Source of the DNA: Lama glama
Lineage: Eukaryota
Assembly (NCBI GenBank): GCA_028534125.1
Contig: CM052817.1
Location: 36,396,001-36,460,000, forward strand
Length of the DNA: 64,000 nt
Direction: 5' to 3'
The translations under genes were made by a program, and so were the position numbers. Shown here piece after piece: positions 1 to 11,854 of the stretch (position 1 is its first letter; each line of letters begins with the position of its first letter). The notes beneath the pieces were generated by a model. That model worked only from the letters and a program-made list of their open reading frames with translations, was not told the DNA's origin and ran no database searches.

Positions 1-622
1 CGGAGTCCTGCCACTGATAAGTACCTGGGCGACCTCCTCTCGGCCCAGCACCGCAGCCCCCAGCACATTCTGACGAGGAAGGCTCTACCCTGTCGGTATG
101 TTTAAGTCTCCAAGTGGAGGTACAGCCACACTGGGGCCTCACCAATGAAAGTGTCAAGCCACTTCCCAGAGCCCATTCTTCTCTTTTTAACCTGACTTAA
201 TTAGCTTTCCCTGCAGTATTTCTGGTTATTTCCAGTTCCCACAGAGATCACCCTTTCCGTGAACATAAAGATTCCTTGTTTCTTTCAAATTCTCAACTTA
301 CAGGGTCCTTGACTCACACTACCTTTTTTTCTTTCATGATTATTTTCTTGTCCAAGCACTTAAGAGATTCAGCAAAAATAAGTTCAAGTGTCTTTTAGTC
401 CTTTTCCTCCTTCGAATACTGTTCTAACCCTGACTTACGGGTTCTCCTGAGTAACTAGCATTGGGCCACGTCAGGCAGAAATGCAGAGTTTGACCAGAAA
501 GCCGGGAGGTAATGTGTACATCACCACACCTGAAAACTCTATTAATAAAGTGTTTGGGAGCATCAGAAACATTGCCACCTGCTTTGTGGAGGTAGCTCAA
601 TAATGCGAACTACTTTTTTTTC

Positions 623-640
623 GTGTGTGTGTGTGTGTGT
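623..640. repeat. (GT)n microsatellite
   Basis: Directly visible. Confidence 0.85.
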
Positions 641-1138
641 ACAGATGTAAGCCATGCCTTATAGAATAAAGTTAGAATAGGTGAGTTTTTAAATAGACTT
701 TTAGTATCCTTTTGTCATGACATAATTTTACTAACAGACATTTAAGTGCACAGGTACCTTGACGGTCAATTCATCCAAACTCATCACTTTACAAAAAAAA
801 AGAAAACAAGACCTAGAGAAAAGTGAAGTGACTCAGGTAGGCCCTGCAGTTAGTTAACTTTGGAGTGGGAATCAGAGCCCAGGCATTCCGACCCCCAGTC
901 CAACACTCTCTCCTTTCTCCCACTCGGCCCTGACACGTGTCTCAATTACAGCCATGACCTCCACATCGTGCATGTCTTTGAGACCGATCCTGCCCTGAAG
1001 ACAGAGGGATGACCAGGAAGAACACTGCAAATGAGACTGGGGATTTGAACCATTTCTGATAGGGAGGTCTGGGTTAAATCCATCTCTTATCTAAGAAATA
1101 CACGTGTTGATAATATAAATTTGAAAATGTTTCCATAC

Positions 1139-1360
1139 TGTCGGTGTGGCCCAGGCCCAGCTGTCCAAAATCATTTCTTCCCCATGAGTAAACGTTTCCG
1201 GACATGGATAAGGCCAGGCTGTGGGCTTCTCCTGCAGAAATCTGAACCAAGGGGACTCCCGACAGGTGCTCCACAATCTGCGGTGTGGGGGTTGAGGGAC
1301 ATTCACTTCCAACTCCGAGCTGGCCGTGTAAGTTCTGGCCCCACGCAAAAAGCTCACCAC
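1139..1360 (-). CDS. HERC5: HERC5 exon 4
   Basis: GGELFAWGQNLHGQLGVGSECPSTPTPQIVEHLSGVPLVQISAGEAHSLALSMSGNVYSWGRNDFGQLGLGHTD. Confidence 0.95.
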
Positions 1361-4300
1361 CTTGACATAAACAAAGAAAATGCTATCTTAGTAAGTTTAA
1401 AATGCAGCAGACATCACCCTAGGACATTATATATGTTATCCACACTATACCATCACAATCTCTTCCATTCAAACTGACAGGACTTCTCAGATCTCCTATG
1501 TCTCAGTCAGAAAAACTAGGAGAACCTTCCCTTTAGCAGTAACAGTTACACTTCCTTACCTCCTACTCAAAGGGTAGTGCCATGAACTGAATGTGTGTCC
1601 CACCAAAATTCCTATGTTGAACTTCTAACCATCAGTGTGATGGTATTAGGAGGTGGGGCCTTTGGGAGGTGATGAGAATTAGATGGGGTCAGGAGGGTGG
1701 AGCCCTCGTGAATGGGATTAATGCTCTTATAAAAGGGACCCCAGAGAGCTCTCGCTGGACTTCTCCATCTGTAAGACTGGCCCTCACTAGACACTGAATC
1801 TGCTGGAACCCTGAACTGGAATTCCACTTCCAGAATTGTGAGAAATAAATGTCTGCTGTTTAAGCCACACAGTCTATTTTTGTTCCAGCAGCCGAATGAA
1901 CAAAGACAGATAGAAAAAAGCTATCTGAACATATTATAATGAAATTCAAGAAATACTTATTTTTAAAAATCCACAGGATGGGCCTATGAAAGACAGTAAC
2001 ATTCTACATTTGGGAAAATAAGACCTAAAACTACTGTTTTCTTTTTCTCCCCCCTCAAGTGCCTGAAGATGCTAAATAAACAACTTAAAAATACACTTGA
2101 AACAGGGGGATGAGTATAGCACATGGTAGAACGCATACTTAGCACACATGAGATCCTGGGTTCAATCCCCAGTACCTTCATCAAAAAAACAAATAAACCT
2201 AATTATCCCTCAAAAAAAACCTCCCCCTGCCAAAAAAAAAAATTGAAACGACAGCACAGTATCTTGAAAAAGTCAGCATCATCTTCCATTTAATTGAATA
2301 TATGAAACATATTTTTAAAGAAAAGTTCTCAGATGTTATCTAACAGAGAGGGTAGTATCTACTGGAGTCTGAAAAAGCCTATCAGAAAATTAACAATTAC
2401 TGAGCACCGCTTTGCAAGATTCTGTGCAGGACCTGGTGGGAGGCAGAGATTTTCCTTCTAACATAATTATCTCGTGCCTACCAGCCACCAAGAATTTAAT
2501 GATGAGCAGGATCAGTTCCCTTTCTTGCTTTCCCAACTTTCATTCTCCCTAGACTGTGATTTACCGATAATAAACCCTGAACAAGATCCCGGGCTTCTTG
2601 AAGGCAGAGTGTGTCTATTTCATCTTCACAACCTGGGCATGGGAGATACTCAAAATGAAGTATCTGTTCACAAATGGGTGAAGGCAAACAACCAGTTTTT
2701 TCCAAGTTTACTCACTCAGACCTTAACAGGGCCTTCAATACAGGTCAAATACTTGATGATTTACTTCACTTGAACCCCAGCTTCCATTCAGTTTATGTTT
2801 ATATCTGTGCTATATATTTAAAAAAAAATTTCCTGGACCCTGAATTCCCTTCTAGCACCTTCCTGTCTTAGTCCTCCATGGTCAAGTTTCTTCAGGAAAT
2901 AATCCACATTCACCACTTTCCTTTTCCACCATTACAGTGTCTGATAAGACATAAGAAGTTAACGAAGGGGTGGGGAGAATCCCTGAACGCAAAAAGTAAT
3001 GTTAAAGCACGTCAGGGGCAAGCGAACTGGCCATAAAAGCAGACCCGAGGGACTGTGAGCTCCCACCATGGAGCCGGAAGAGCACTAGGAAAAGGGAAAG
3101 AAGTTATGGAAAAGGACCCTCCTGGTCCTGACTCCACAGAGGATGATTTTGATTATTCTGAGTATTTTCATTGTTTCCTGTTTGAAAAATAAAACACATG
3201 GAACTGTGGAAATAAATCTCCAGGCTCAAGGTGGAGCCGTCCCGGCCGTGTCAGCAAACTGCTCTCTGACGCTCCCGCTGACCAAAACGCAGCACAGACC
3301 CAGTCTTCAAGCCCCGAACACCAAGGCCACCCCGGGCTCTATTTCTTCATTCCTTGATCTTTCTAAATAAGGTCAGATATGCCACCTCAGCCGATCATGC
3401 CCTGCTGATAAAGCTTCTAACACTCTGTGAAACTCGCCCTCGCCCAAAACCCCTGAGGAAGAGTCCTCCACTGCTTGTGAGCACAGTACATTCTCAAGCT
3501 GTGGGTCGCTCTCCCTTAAATAAAGTACTAAATTGTTTTCATTCTGTCATTAGACAGAACAAAATGTAGGCACAGGAATTATGGAGACCTGAAGGTTTTC
3601 TAGGTCTGAGAAATATCTCTAATTTTGTGTCTCTTTTAAAAGTGCTCTGGATCATATCAAATTCAAAACCATATTTCTGTCCTGTTACAAAGTGAAACAG
3701 ATACATTCTACTAGTTTTCTACACACAGACATTTCTTTGCTCTAAAAAAATTCATATTCCAGAAAAGTACCTTTTGCGAGTGCAAGAGAATGATAGTCTC
3801 CACATGTGATCTGAATTATACTTTTTTCTTGTAAAATGCACTGAAACCTGATCAAAGAAAATATATTTTATGTCGATCACATAATGAAAAGTCACAACAT
3901 TGATGTAAGAATTACTAACTGTATTTAATTAGGATTGAAGCTCAAGAAAAATGTCAACTTTACTGCTTCACATTCAGCCATCTAAAATTATTATAAAAAT
4001 AATATACATTTTAATTAGTAGTTTAAAAGGCAAATAACATGCATTATAAAACTATAGTATGAGGATTCTAAGACTCACAAACAATAATTTTATGATACAG
4101 GAATATTACAAGATGTAAGTAAGGTCTAATTCACATAATCTACCAGGAAAAAGTCTCACAAATCATTCTGTGATAATACGTTTTTTTACTAGTCTGAAAA
4201 CTATTTCTGTCAGTCTAACATGGTATTAGTGTGAGGGTTGATTGAGTTAATGAATTTGAAAGTCCAATCTGGGGCTACATGGACTAATCAATCATTTCTG

Positions 4301-7069
4301 TTAAATGCCAAAGTAACACATGGTACGTGCGCTAGGAGACATAAGTTGATTTACAGTTTACTGATAGAATTCACAGATTAGTTCAGAATTCACTGATTAC
4401 TTAAGATGCCACTATATAAAGCAGGGGACAGAAATCATAATTTTCCTACAAAAATTATGATTGCCTTTGAGTAAAGTTTAAATAATTTTCAATAAAAGAA
4501 AAAAATTTTTCCTACCTTGCGTGTTCCATGCTATAGTTGTACTCAAATGGTTTTCCGTCTGAGGACAGAATCAGCATGTGCTCCACTCCTTGGTCCATGG
4601 AATGTATCTTCATCTTTTTTCCTAACTTAATGCACTCTGCAGAGCAAATCCAACCAGGAACTATCATCACTCTGACTGTTGCTCACTATTATTATTAATT
4701 TCATTACAATACACTTAAAACACCTGGAAAAAAATTTCACCTAGACAACTCTTGACTTAACATGAACTTCTCATTAAAGAAAATTCAAGAATGGAAAGCA
4801 GACAAATGAGCAATAACCGGTGCCTTGACAACGGATTTTTTTAATTTGGGAAAGCATTGATTCATACTTTGTTTCAAATTGAATGAATATACCTTTAATA
4901 TAGCTAATTAAATATTTGTTTTTAGATTTCTGTTTAATAAGTTGAGAGAGAGAAATTAAATTTGAAGGGACAGAAATGAAGAAGTCTGCAAAAAATATAA
5001 CAACATAGCTTATTTTAGGAGTAAATATATTGTGCATTCTGAGATACCCTCTTTCCAAAAAAAACAAAGCAAATAACAATAGCCCCTCCTGACAGCTCCA
5101 TATAGAAGCCAAGACCTATAGTCTTAAAAGGAAGAATTGTCTTTGGGAGATTATACTTTAAAAGGATGTTGTTAAAAGAATTTTTATTGGCATTAGAGCC
5201 TATTTAGCACTTTCTAAAAGTTAAAGATTTAAAACCGTCCACTAGTTACCACGTACTCTTATTTGTTCGCCAAAAAAAGTGGGAAAGGTTTGGGACCATT
5301 TTCTCACTTTTCAGTTTCAACGAAATAAAATCTATTCATGTAAAAATAGCAAAGCACAAACCACTTCATAATACAAATGCTAAAAGAACCGAAACAGGTT
5401 GGCAATAAAGAAAAATGGCCCAACAGATTAAAGTCGTTTAGAGATGCAGCATTTCAAACCAGTTACAAAACAAAACAAAAACAAAAACAAAAACAAAAAA
5501 AAAAGGGGGGGTATTGGGACACTGGGTTAGCCATTTTGGAGAAACAAATTAATCTAGATCCCCCTACGTCACTACTCATATCAAAATAATTTCCAAGTCC
5601 ATCAAAAATTTTAAGTTTAAAAGTAAAAGCTTAAAATTACTATAAAGATGAGAACATTAAAAAAACCCAAAAACCTTGAAGGGAGGGAAATTGCCTAGTG
5701 GTAGAGCGCACGCTTAGGATGTACGAGGTCCTAGATTCAATCCCCAGTATCTCCATTAAAAAAAAAAGAAAATTAAAAAAAAAACTTGGACTGTGAACAG
5801 CTTTCTAACATGACACAAAGTCCATAAGCCTCCTTAAAATAAAAAACTGACGTAGGCCAAAAAATAACATCAATTAAAGGCAAGCTGGGAAAAATTTTAC
5901 AACGTATATGACCGACATATTGTTACTCTTACTCAACATTCAAAAACTCTTCCAAAAAATACTTAAAAGATTAACAACTCAATTTTTTTAAAGCCAGGCA
6001 AAAATATTAATGAGACAGTTCACCCCGTCAAATATGCAAATGACCAACAGAAAAAAGATCCTCGACTTCGCTCAAGTTGAAAGCAAAACGAACAAAAAGT
6101 AAAATATTTTCTTCACTCAGACGGGCAAATTTTCCAAGATTAAGAGTGTGGCGAGCTGCTCCACCCCCGTAGAATCGAAGCCACAGCATCTGACTTAATC
6201 CGTACAGAGATTACCACAGAGAAACGCAACTGAAAGCGCTCTTTAAATTGTTTGCAAATAGCATAATCACTGAGAACAAGATAAGGTAAACAAGGTTCTC
6301 CCAAAATCGGAGCGGGTATGTTCTAAAAAGAAGTGAAAAACACGCTGAAAAGAAACCAATGAAAGAGGCAGCCTGGCTAAAATGAGATGCTGCCTGGCTA
6401 AGATGAGACTCCCTCTCTCCGCACGGCGGACTTCTCGCCAGCACCCTGCCCAACTCCAAGTCCACTGGGAACGGGACTAGGGGAGCTCAGGGATGCTGCA
6501 CGCGCCAAACACGAAAAAAACCTGGGCCGGTCGCCTTTCTGACGTCCCCGCGGACTTCTGCGGCGTCGTGTCCCTTTTTGAGTCTCCCTTGCCGTTTGCA
6601 GAAGGACCGCACACCCACAAGCCAGGCCACTCGGGAGAGAAGCGTCCGTGCCGGCCGCGACCCCGACGCCGAGCGCGACCCCGACCCGCAAGCGCGGACC
6701 CCGGCCGCCCACCTCACTCACACCCCCAAGCCCGAGGCGGAAGGGCCGAGCGGACGCTCCCCGGCCGCACTCACTCGGCTTCCTGGCGCCGTCGCTCTCC
6801 GCCAGCAGCTGGTGGACCTCGATGCCGGCCCCGCCACGCTCCAGCACCGCCAGGCGCCCGTGCGTGCAGCACATCTGGCGTGTCGCCTCGGTCCTCCGGG
6901 ACAGCGCGCTGCGGAGTCCGGCGGCACTGGGGAAGAGCCAGAGCCTCGAGCCCCGCGGCTGTGCGGGACGGGACGCGAGGGTCCAGGATGTGGGGGGCCT
7001 AGACGCGGGGACCTGCCCGGGCGTCGAACCCGCGCCGCCCGGCGAACTCTTCTGTGGCCTCTGCTCCAT
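1139..7069 (-). CDS. HERC5: HERC5 E3 ISG15 ligase, 5' part (exons 1-4; gene continues beyond window start)
   Basis: Spliced frame MEQRPQK...LWLFPSAAGL...KCIKLGKKMKIHSMDQGVEHMLILSSDGKPFEY...IIQITCGDYHSLAL...GELFAWGQNLHGQLG...SWGRNDFGQLGLGHTD matches the HERC5 N-terminus and RCC1 repeats; lies in tandem downstream of HERC6. Confidence 0.95.
1578..1908 (+). mobile_element. MaLR (MLT1A-like) solo LTR
   Basis: TG...CA ends, 5-bp TSD ggtag/gatag, MLT1 motifs. Confidence 0.8.
2105..2242 (+). mobile_element. tRNA-derived SINE (camelid Vic-1-like)
   Basis: A-box TAGC..TGG, B-box GGTTCAATCC, A-rich tail. Confidence 0.85.
3000..3556 (+). mobile_element. Probable ERV solo LTR in HERC5 intron 3
   Basis: TG...CA ends, TATA-like and AATAAA near the 3' end; boundaries approximate. 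Confidence 0.55.
3771..3847 (-). CDS. HERC5: HERC5 exon 3
   Basis: FQCILQEKSIIQITCGDYHSLALAK; 77 nt, same size as HERC6 exon 3. Confidence 0.93.
4516..4636 (-). CDS. HERC5: HERC5 exon 2
   Basis: KCIKLGKKMKIHSMDQGVEHMLILSSDGKPFEYNYSMEHAR; cag/gtagg flanks. Confidence 0.94.
5681..5784 (+). mobile_element. tRNA-derived SINE (Vic-1-like)
   Basis: gtggtagagcgcacgcttag...ttcaatccccagtatctcc plus poly-A. Confidence 0.85.
6775..7069 (-). CDS. HERC5: HERC5 coding exon 1
   Basis: gcgATGG start; LWLFPSAAGLRSALSRRTEATRQMCCTHGRLAVLERGGAGIEVHQLL; donor CGA|gtgag. Confidence 0.93.
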
Positions 7070-7330
7070 CGCCGCTTTCCCGGGCTCCACGGCCACGCCT
7101 CCTCTCTCCGGACCTTCGGAGGAGACAAAGGGCCAACCTGCCGCGAGGCAAGAGGAGAGAGGGAGACGGCCAAGGCCTGAGAGCGTCCACTGGCCCCGGA
7201 CGTCGCGGTGCTGAGCCCGAGCTGGCGGAGCGCTCTGCGGCGTCGGGGAACAGCAGCCTCCCTGCCCCGCCCCTGCCCAGACGCCCGGCTGCCAACGTGC
7301 TGTTTGGGGGCGGAGCCGGCCGTTCCGGGA

Positions 7331-7393
7331 GAAATGAAACTGATTTTTTTTTTTTAAGGGGACGGCATCGAAAAGGAAAGAGAAAGGGAAACT
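7331..7393 (+). promoter_or_regulatory. ISRE plus tandem IRF elements upstream of HERC5
   Basis: GAAATGAAACT at 7331-7341; GAAAAG-GAAAGA-GAAAGG-GAAACT at 7370-7393. Confidence 0.75.
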
Positions 7394-7699
7394 CGATCGA
7401 TTCAAGACTGGGCTGGAAGGCTGCCAAAGTAAACAGGATGCTGGCAGATGAAGAGGTGAGTGGACAGGGCTAAGAAAGTGTCCCGGGCGGGCAGTGGCCA
7501 CCTGAATTCCTGAACCAAATGGCTTTCGAGGAAACACTGCAATTCCGCTAGGAGGAGCCCTGACACAGACGGACTTGCAGAATTTCCAGAAACTATCGTG
7601 GCAAGGAAAGCTAAAGTTTGTTGAGCATTCTGTTCCAGGCTCTGCCACAGGATCGCGATGAAAGTGACGAAGAGAACTAGCAGTTAGTCCCACAGGCCA

Positions 7700-9980
7700 C
7701 ACTGAGGTGCCTGCGACCAGTGATCTGCTTTGGGTCAATGTATTATTTTTGCCTTTTCTAGGATTTCTTACAAGTGGAATCAAACGTCTGCAGTCTTGTG
7801 TGTCTGCCTTTTTTCACTTAGCTTTAGAGATTCGTCCTGCTGTGTTTCATCAGTAGTTCCCTGTTTCTTGTTGTTGAATCATATTCCATTATACGGAAAT
7901 AACCACAATTTCTGTATCCATTTACCAATAGGCGGGTATTTCAGCCCTTTCCAGTTTGGGGCTACAATGAATAGAGGTGCTATGAATATTTGTGAACAAG
8001 TCTTCCAGTGGATAAATGTTTTCATTTCTTTGGCGTAAATACCTAAAAACGGAGTTGCTGTATCAAATGCTAAGTATAGGAGTATCATTATAAGAAACTG
8101 CCAGACTTTTCCAAAATACTAAACTACTTTGCATTCCCTCCAAGCAATTTATGGGAGTTCCAGTCCCTCTGTATCCTTGCCAGCATTTGGTGTTGTCAGT
8201 CTTCTTAATTTAAATAATTGCAATGTCCACTATCTTATTGCTGTTTTAATTTCCATTTCCCTAATGTTAATGATGTTAAGCATTTTTTCAGGTGCTTATT
8301 AGTGCTGCTCTTTATCTCTTCTTCGGCGAAGTGTCTGTTCACATCTTTTGCCCATTTATCAATTCGACTGCTTATTATCTAAAAGTTTTTTTAAAATATA
8401 TTTTAGAGTTCTTTGTTATATAGCAAGTCCTTTATTAGGTATGTTTTGAAATGTTTTCTAGCAGTCTGTGACTTGCTTGCCTTTTATTAAAAATGTCATT
8501 TGAAGGCTAAAGTTTAAATTTTGATGCAATTGTTTTTTCTTTATCCATTTTTTTCCTTTTACATAGTTAATGCCTTTTTTTGTCTTACTTAAAAAATGTT
8601 TGCTTAACCCAAAGTAAAGATTTTCTTATATGTTATCTTCTAGAAGTTTTATAGCTTTAGGTCTTTGTTATGTTTCAGATGAATTATTCATTCTTTCTAC
8701 TGTGAGGTAAGGGAAGAGGCTTATTTTTTTTCTTATGGATTTCCAGCTGTTTCAGTTTGCCTTTACTCATTGAAATGTTTTGGTGTCTTCATCAAAACTC
8801 TGTTGGCTACATGTGATTGGATTTATTTCTGGACTTTTTATTGTGTTCCACTGATCAGTGTGTTCCTTTTTTATTCCAGAACCACACTACCTCGATTACT
8901 GTGGATTCTAACTATGTCTCAAAATTGTCCTTCTTCAGTGTTCTTGGGCTATTTTAGGTCCTTTGCATTTCCATATATATTTTAGGATTAGTTTATCAAT
9001 TTCTACCAAGACAGACTGCAAGGATTTTGAAACTGCACTAAATTAGATCAATTTGTGAAGAACTAATATGCTGATAATATTGATTCTTCTGTCCATGAGC
9101 ATATCTCTATTAATTTAAAGCTTCTTTAATCTCTTTCAGCAATATTTTTTAGTTTTCAGTGAACAAACGTATTTTTAAAAATTTATCCTTATTATTTTTT
9201 GATATTGCAAATGGTACTTCAAAAAATTTCAGTGTGTGATTGTTGTTGAGTATATATAAATACCATTTATTTTTATATCTAGACCTTGAATCCTGACACC
9301 TTTCTGTATTTACTTAATAGTTCTAGTAGTTTTTCAGAGGTCCCTTTGAATCTCCTACAGATAACCATGTAGTCTGTAAATAAGATAGTTTCATTCTTTC
9401 CTTTCTAATCATTGTATCTTCTTTTTCAGTTTGCCCAATTGTAAGGACTGGTACCTCTAGTAAAATGTTGAATAGAACAGATGAGAGACATCTTTGCCTT
9501 GTTCCCAGTTTTAGACGGAAAGTTTTCGGTCTTTCAGCATTAAGTATGTTAGCTGTGTGTAGACTCTATCAGCTTGAGGATGTTCCTAATTGACTAAGAG
9601 TATTCATGAGCAGCTATTTAATTTTGTCCATTTTTCTTCTACCTCTATTGAGGTAATTACATGATTTTGGGGGTCTACTATGGTGAAGTATAATGGATTT
9701 TTCAAATGCGTTTCTGGACTATATCCCAGTTGGTCACAAGGTATTATCCTTTTTATATTTTGTTGGATGTTTGATATGTTAAAATTTTGTAGAAGAGTTT
9801 TGTGTCTGTGTTCATGAGAGATACATGTAGTTTTCTTCTCCTGTAATGTCTTTATTTGGTTTTGATATTAGGACAATGCTGGCACCAGAGAATTAGTTGG
9901 GAAGTGTTCCCTCTTCTGTATTTTCTGAAAGTCTGTAAAGAATTGGTACTATCTCTTCTTAAAATGTTTAGTACAGTTCA
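7700..9980 (-). mobile_element. Old LINE-1 fragment between HERC6 3' end and HERC5 promoter
   Basis: Degenerate L1 ORF2 C-terminal peptide (PFLGIYAKEMKTFIHWKTCSQIFIAPLF) and T-rich antisense L1 sequence. Confidence 0.8.
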
Positions 9981-10398
9981 CCCATTTGCATAAAAAAAGT
10001 AATTTTGGCATTGAAAGACCTGAAAAACACAACCCAGAAGTCAGGTGCCTAAGGATCCCCAGGATTTAAGGGTAAAAACCTTTTCCCTCAAAATTCAAAT
10101 AGAATATATCTGGGCCTTTATTCCATTTACTGTAGAAACCAGGAATATCCAAAATAACTATGAGGATTCAATGGGGGCTTATGTTTCTGCTGACCACCTC
10201 ACATTCTAGTGTCCTTGGTGAATTCTCTGTGTCTGTTCTGTCCATCCTCAGATGCCTGCACTCTCTCGCCATCAGCACCCCAGTGTGGGCTTCACAGTCT
10301 CCTTGCCCAGAGTACCCCGGACACAAGGCTTCTGTGTATGGTTTGGGATGACAACAGGCATTTATAAAATAGCTTAAGAGTTTAAAATTTATTATGAG

Positions 10399-10851
10399 AT
10401 TCAGCCATAAAAAGGAATGTAATAATGCCATTTGCAGCAACATGGATGGACCTAGAGATTATCACACTAAATGAAGTCAGAGGAAAAACAAATATCACAT
10501 GATGTCACTTACATATGGGGAAAAAAACGATACAAATGAACTTATTTACAGAACAGAAATAGACTCACAGACATAGAAAACCAACTTACGGTTACCAAAG
10601 GGAAAAGTGAGGGTGGATAAATTAGGAGTTTGAGATTAACATATATAAAACAGATAACTAACAAGGGCTTACTGTATAGCACAGGGAACTATACCAATAT
10701 CAATATTTAATATCCTGTAACAACCTATAATTGGAAAAGAACCTGAAAAAGAATACATATATATTTTTATGTGCATAACTGAATCTCTTTGCTGTACACC
10801 TGAAACAAACCCAACATTGTAGATCAACTATACTTCAACTTAAAAAAAAAA
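10399..10851 (+). mobile_element. LINE-1 3' end fragment
   Basis: gccatttgcagcaacatggatggacctagag...caactatacttcaa plus poly-A. Confidence 0.85.
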
Positions 10852-11290
10852 CATTCAGTGACTTGCTGTTTATAAGAGAATACAACTAGCACAAAATAAA
10901 AGAAAAAGCCTCAAAATACGAGAATTAGAAAAAAATTTAATATGAGATAGAATTGATCCACAAAATTCATTTCCGACATACTTATGTCTCTCCTTTAATT
11001 CCTTCTATAGCCATGATGCTGAAATATGTTTCATGTTCTTCATTTTTCCCAACTATCATTAGACAGGAGTTCCTGGCTGGGCTCAACACTTTACCAAAAT
11101 AATGATATCTGCATTTAGAATGATTCTTGGAATATAGCATTGAACTTAAGTCATTATTCAATAAGTTAATGAATCCCTTAACATTTTGATTTTTCAAATA
11201 GATTGGCTAAAATCAAAACTTTGGAGACAATGCAGAATATGAAAATATATACCTACAAGTCTCAAAAACATGTTGAATTAGTTTATAGTT

Positions 11291-11505
11291 TTTATTCAAA
11301 CTTCAGCATGTCTTATATTTTCAGACAGTGTTTATTAGATGTATAAGATTTTTACAATATCTGTTAGCTTTTCATATTCAGTATATTTAAAAATAATTAC
11401 TGCTCAGGAAATAATTCAGTAAAGAAGCAACCATTCTAAGAGCAAGTTTAAGGATCAGGAAATGTTGATTCATTAAAAATGTTATCCTTGACTCACTACT
11501 TTATT
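11291..11505 (-). terminator. Candidate HERC6 polyadenylation signals
   Basis: AATAAA on the minus strand at 11500-11505, 11331-11336 and 11291-11296, downstream of the stop; which one is used is unknown. Confidence 0.45.
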
Positions 11506-11630
11506 GTTTATCTCAACCTTTGCAGCTAATTCTAACTAAAATCCATCAATGCTTTGCACTAAGTAGACCTAAAGAAGAAAAGGATGGAAGGGTGAGAGGA
11601 CCTGAGATCTGAGACTCCCAGGGGTCACCA

Positions 11631-11854
11631 TCACCCTGTGACCATCGGTGAGACAAATCCTTTGTGGCTGTTGATGGCTATTTGAAGTGCTTCTTCCATT
11701 CTTTCCATTGTAGAATATTTAGGGAGGTCCAGAATATTATGACAGGTCAGTGATCTTGGGAAATTTCTTTCACTGAAAGTCTCGGGACAGCGAAATACAA
11801 TACCCATTTTCTGTATGCCTCTTACGTGCAGTCTGTCATTTCCTGTAAGAAAAA
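11631..11854 (-). CDS. HERC6: HERC6 exon 23 (HECT C-lobe, catalytic Cys codon 11742-11744, stop)
   Basis: [74 protein letters not shown]. Confidence 0.96.

Larger units (their letters stand above)
6420..7400. promoter_or_regulatory. CpG island / promoter of HERC5 with GC boxes
   Basis: Very GC- and CpG-rich; CCCCGCCCC at ~7265 and GGGGGCGG at ~7306. Confidence 0.85.

Noticed and set aside
1..1138. HERC5 exon 5
   Set aside because: No frame encoding the expected next RCC1 segment was seen; it presumably lies beyond the window edge.
6398..7783. 461-aa ORF and several overlapping 140-200 aa ORFs on both strands
   Set aside because: By-product of the CpG island. Only 7069-6775 is HERC5 coding and ends at a clear splice donor; the rest is low-complexity Arg/Pro/Gly.
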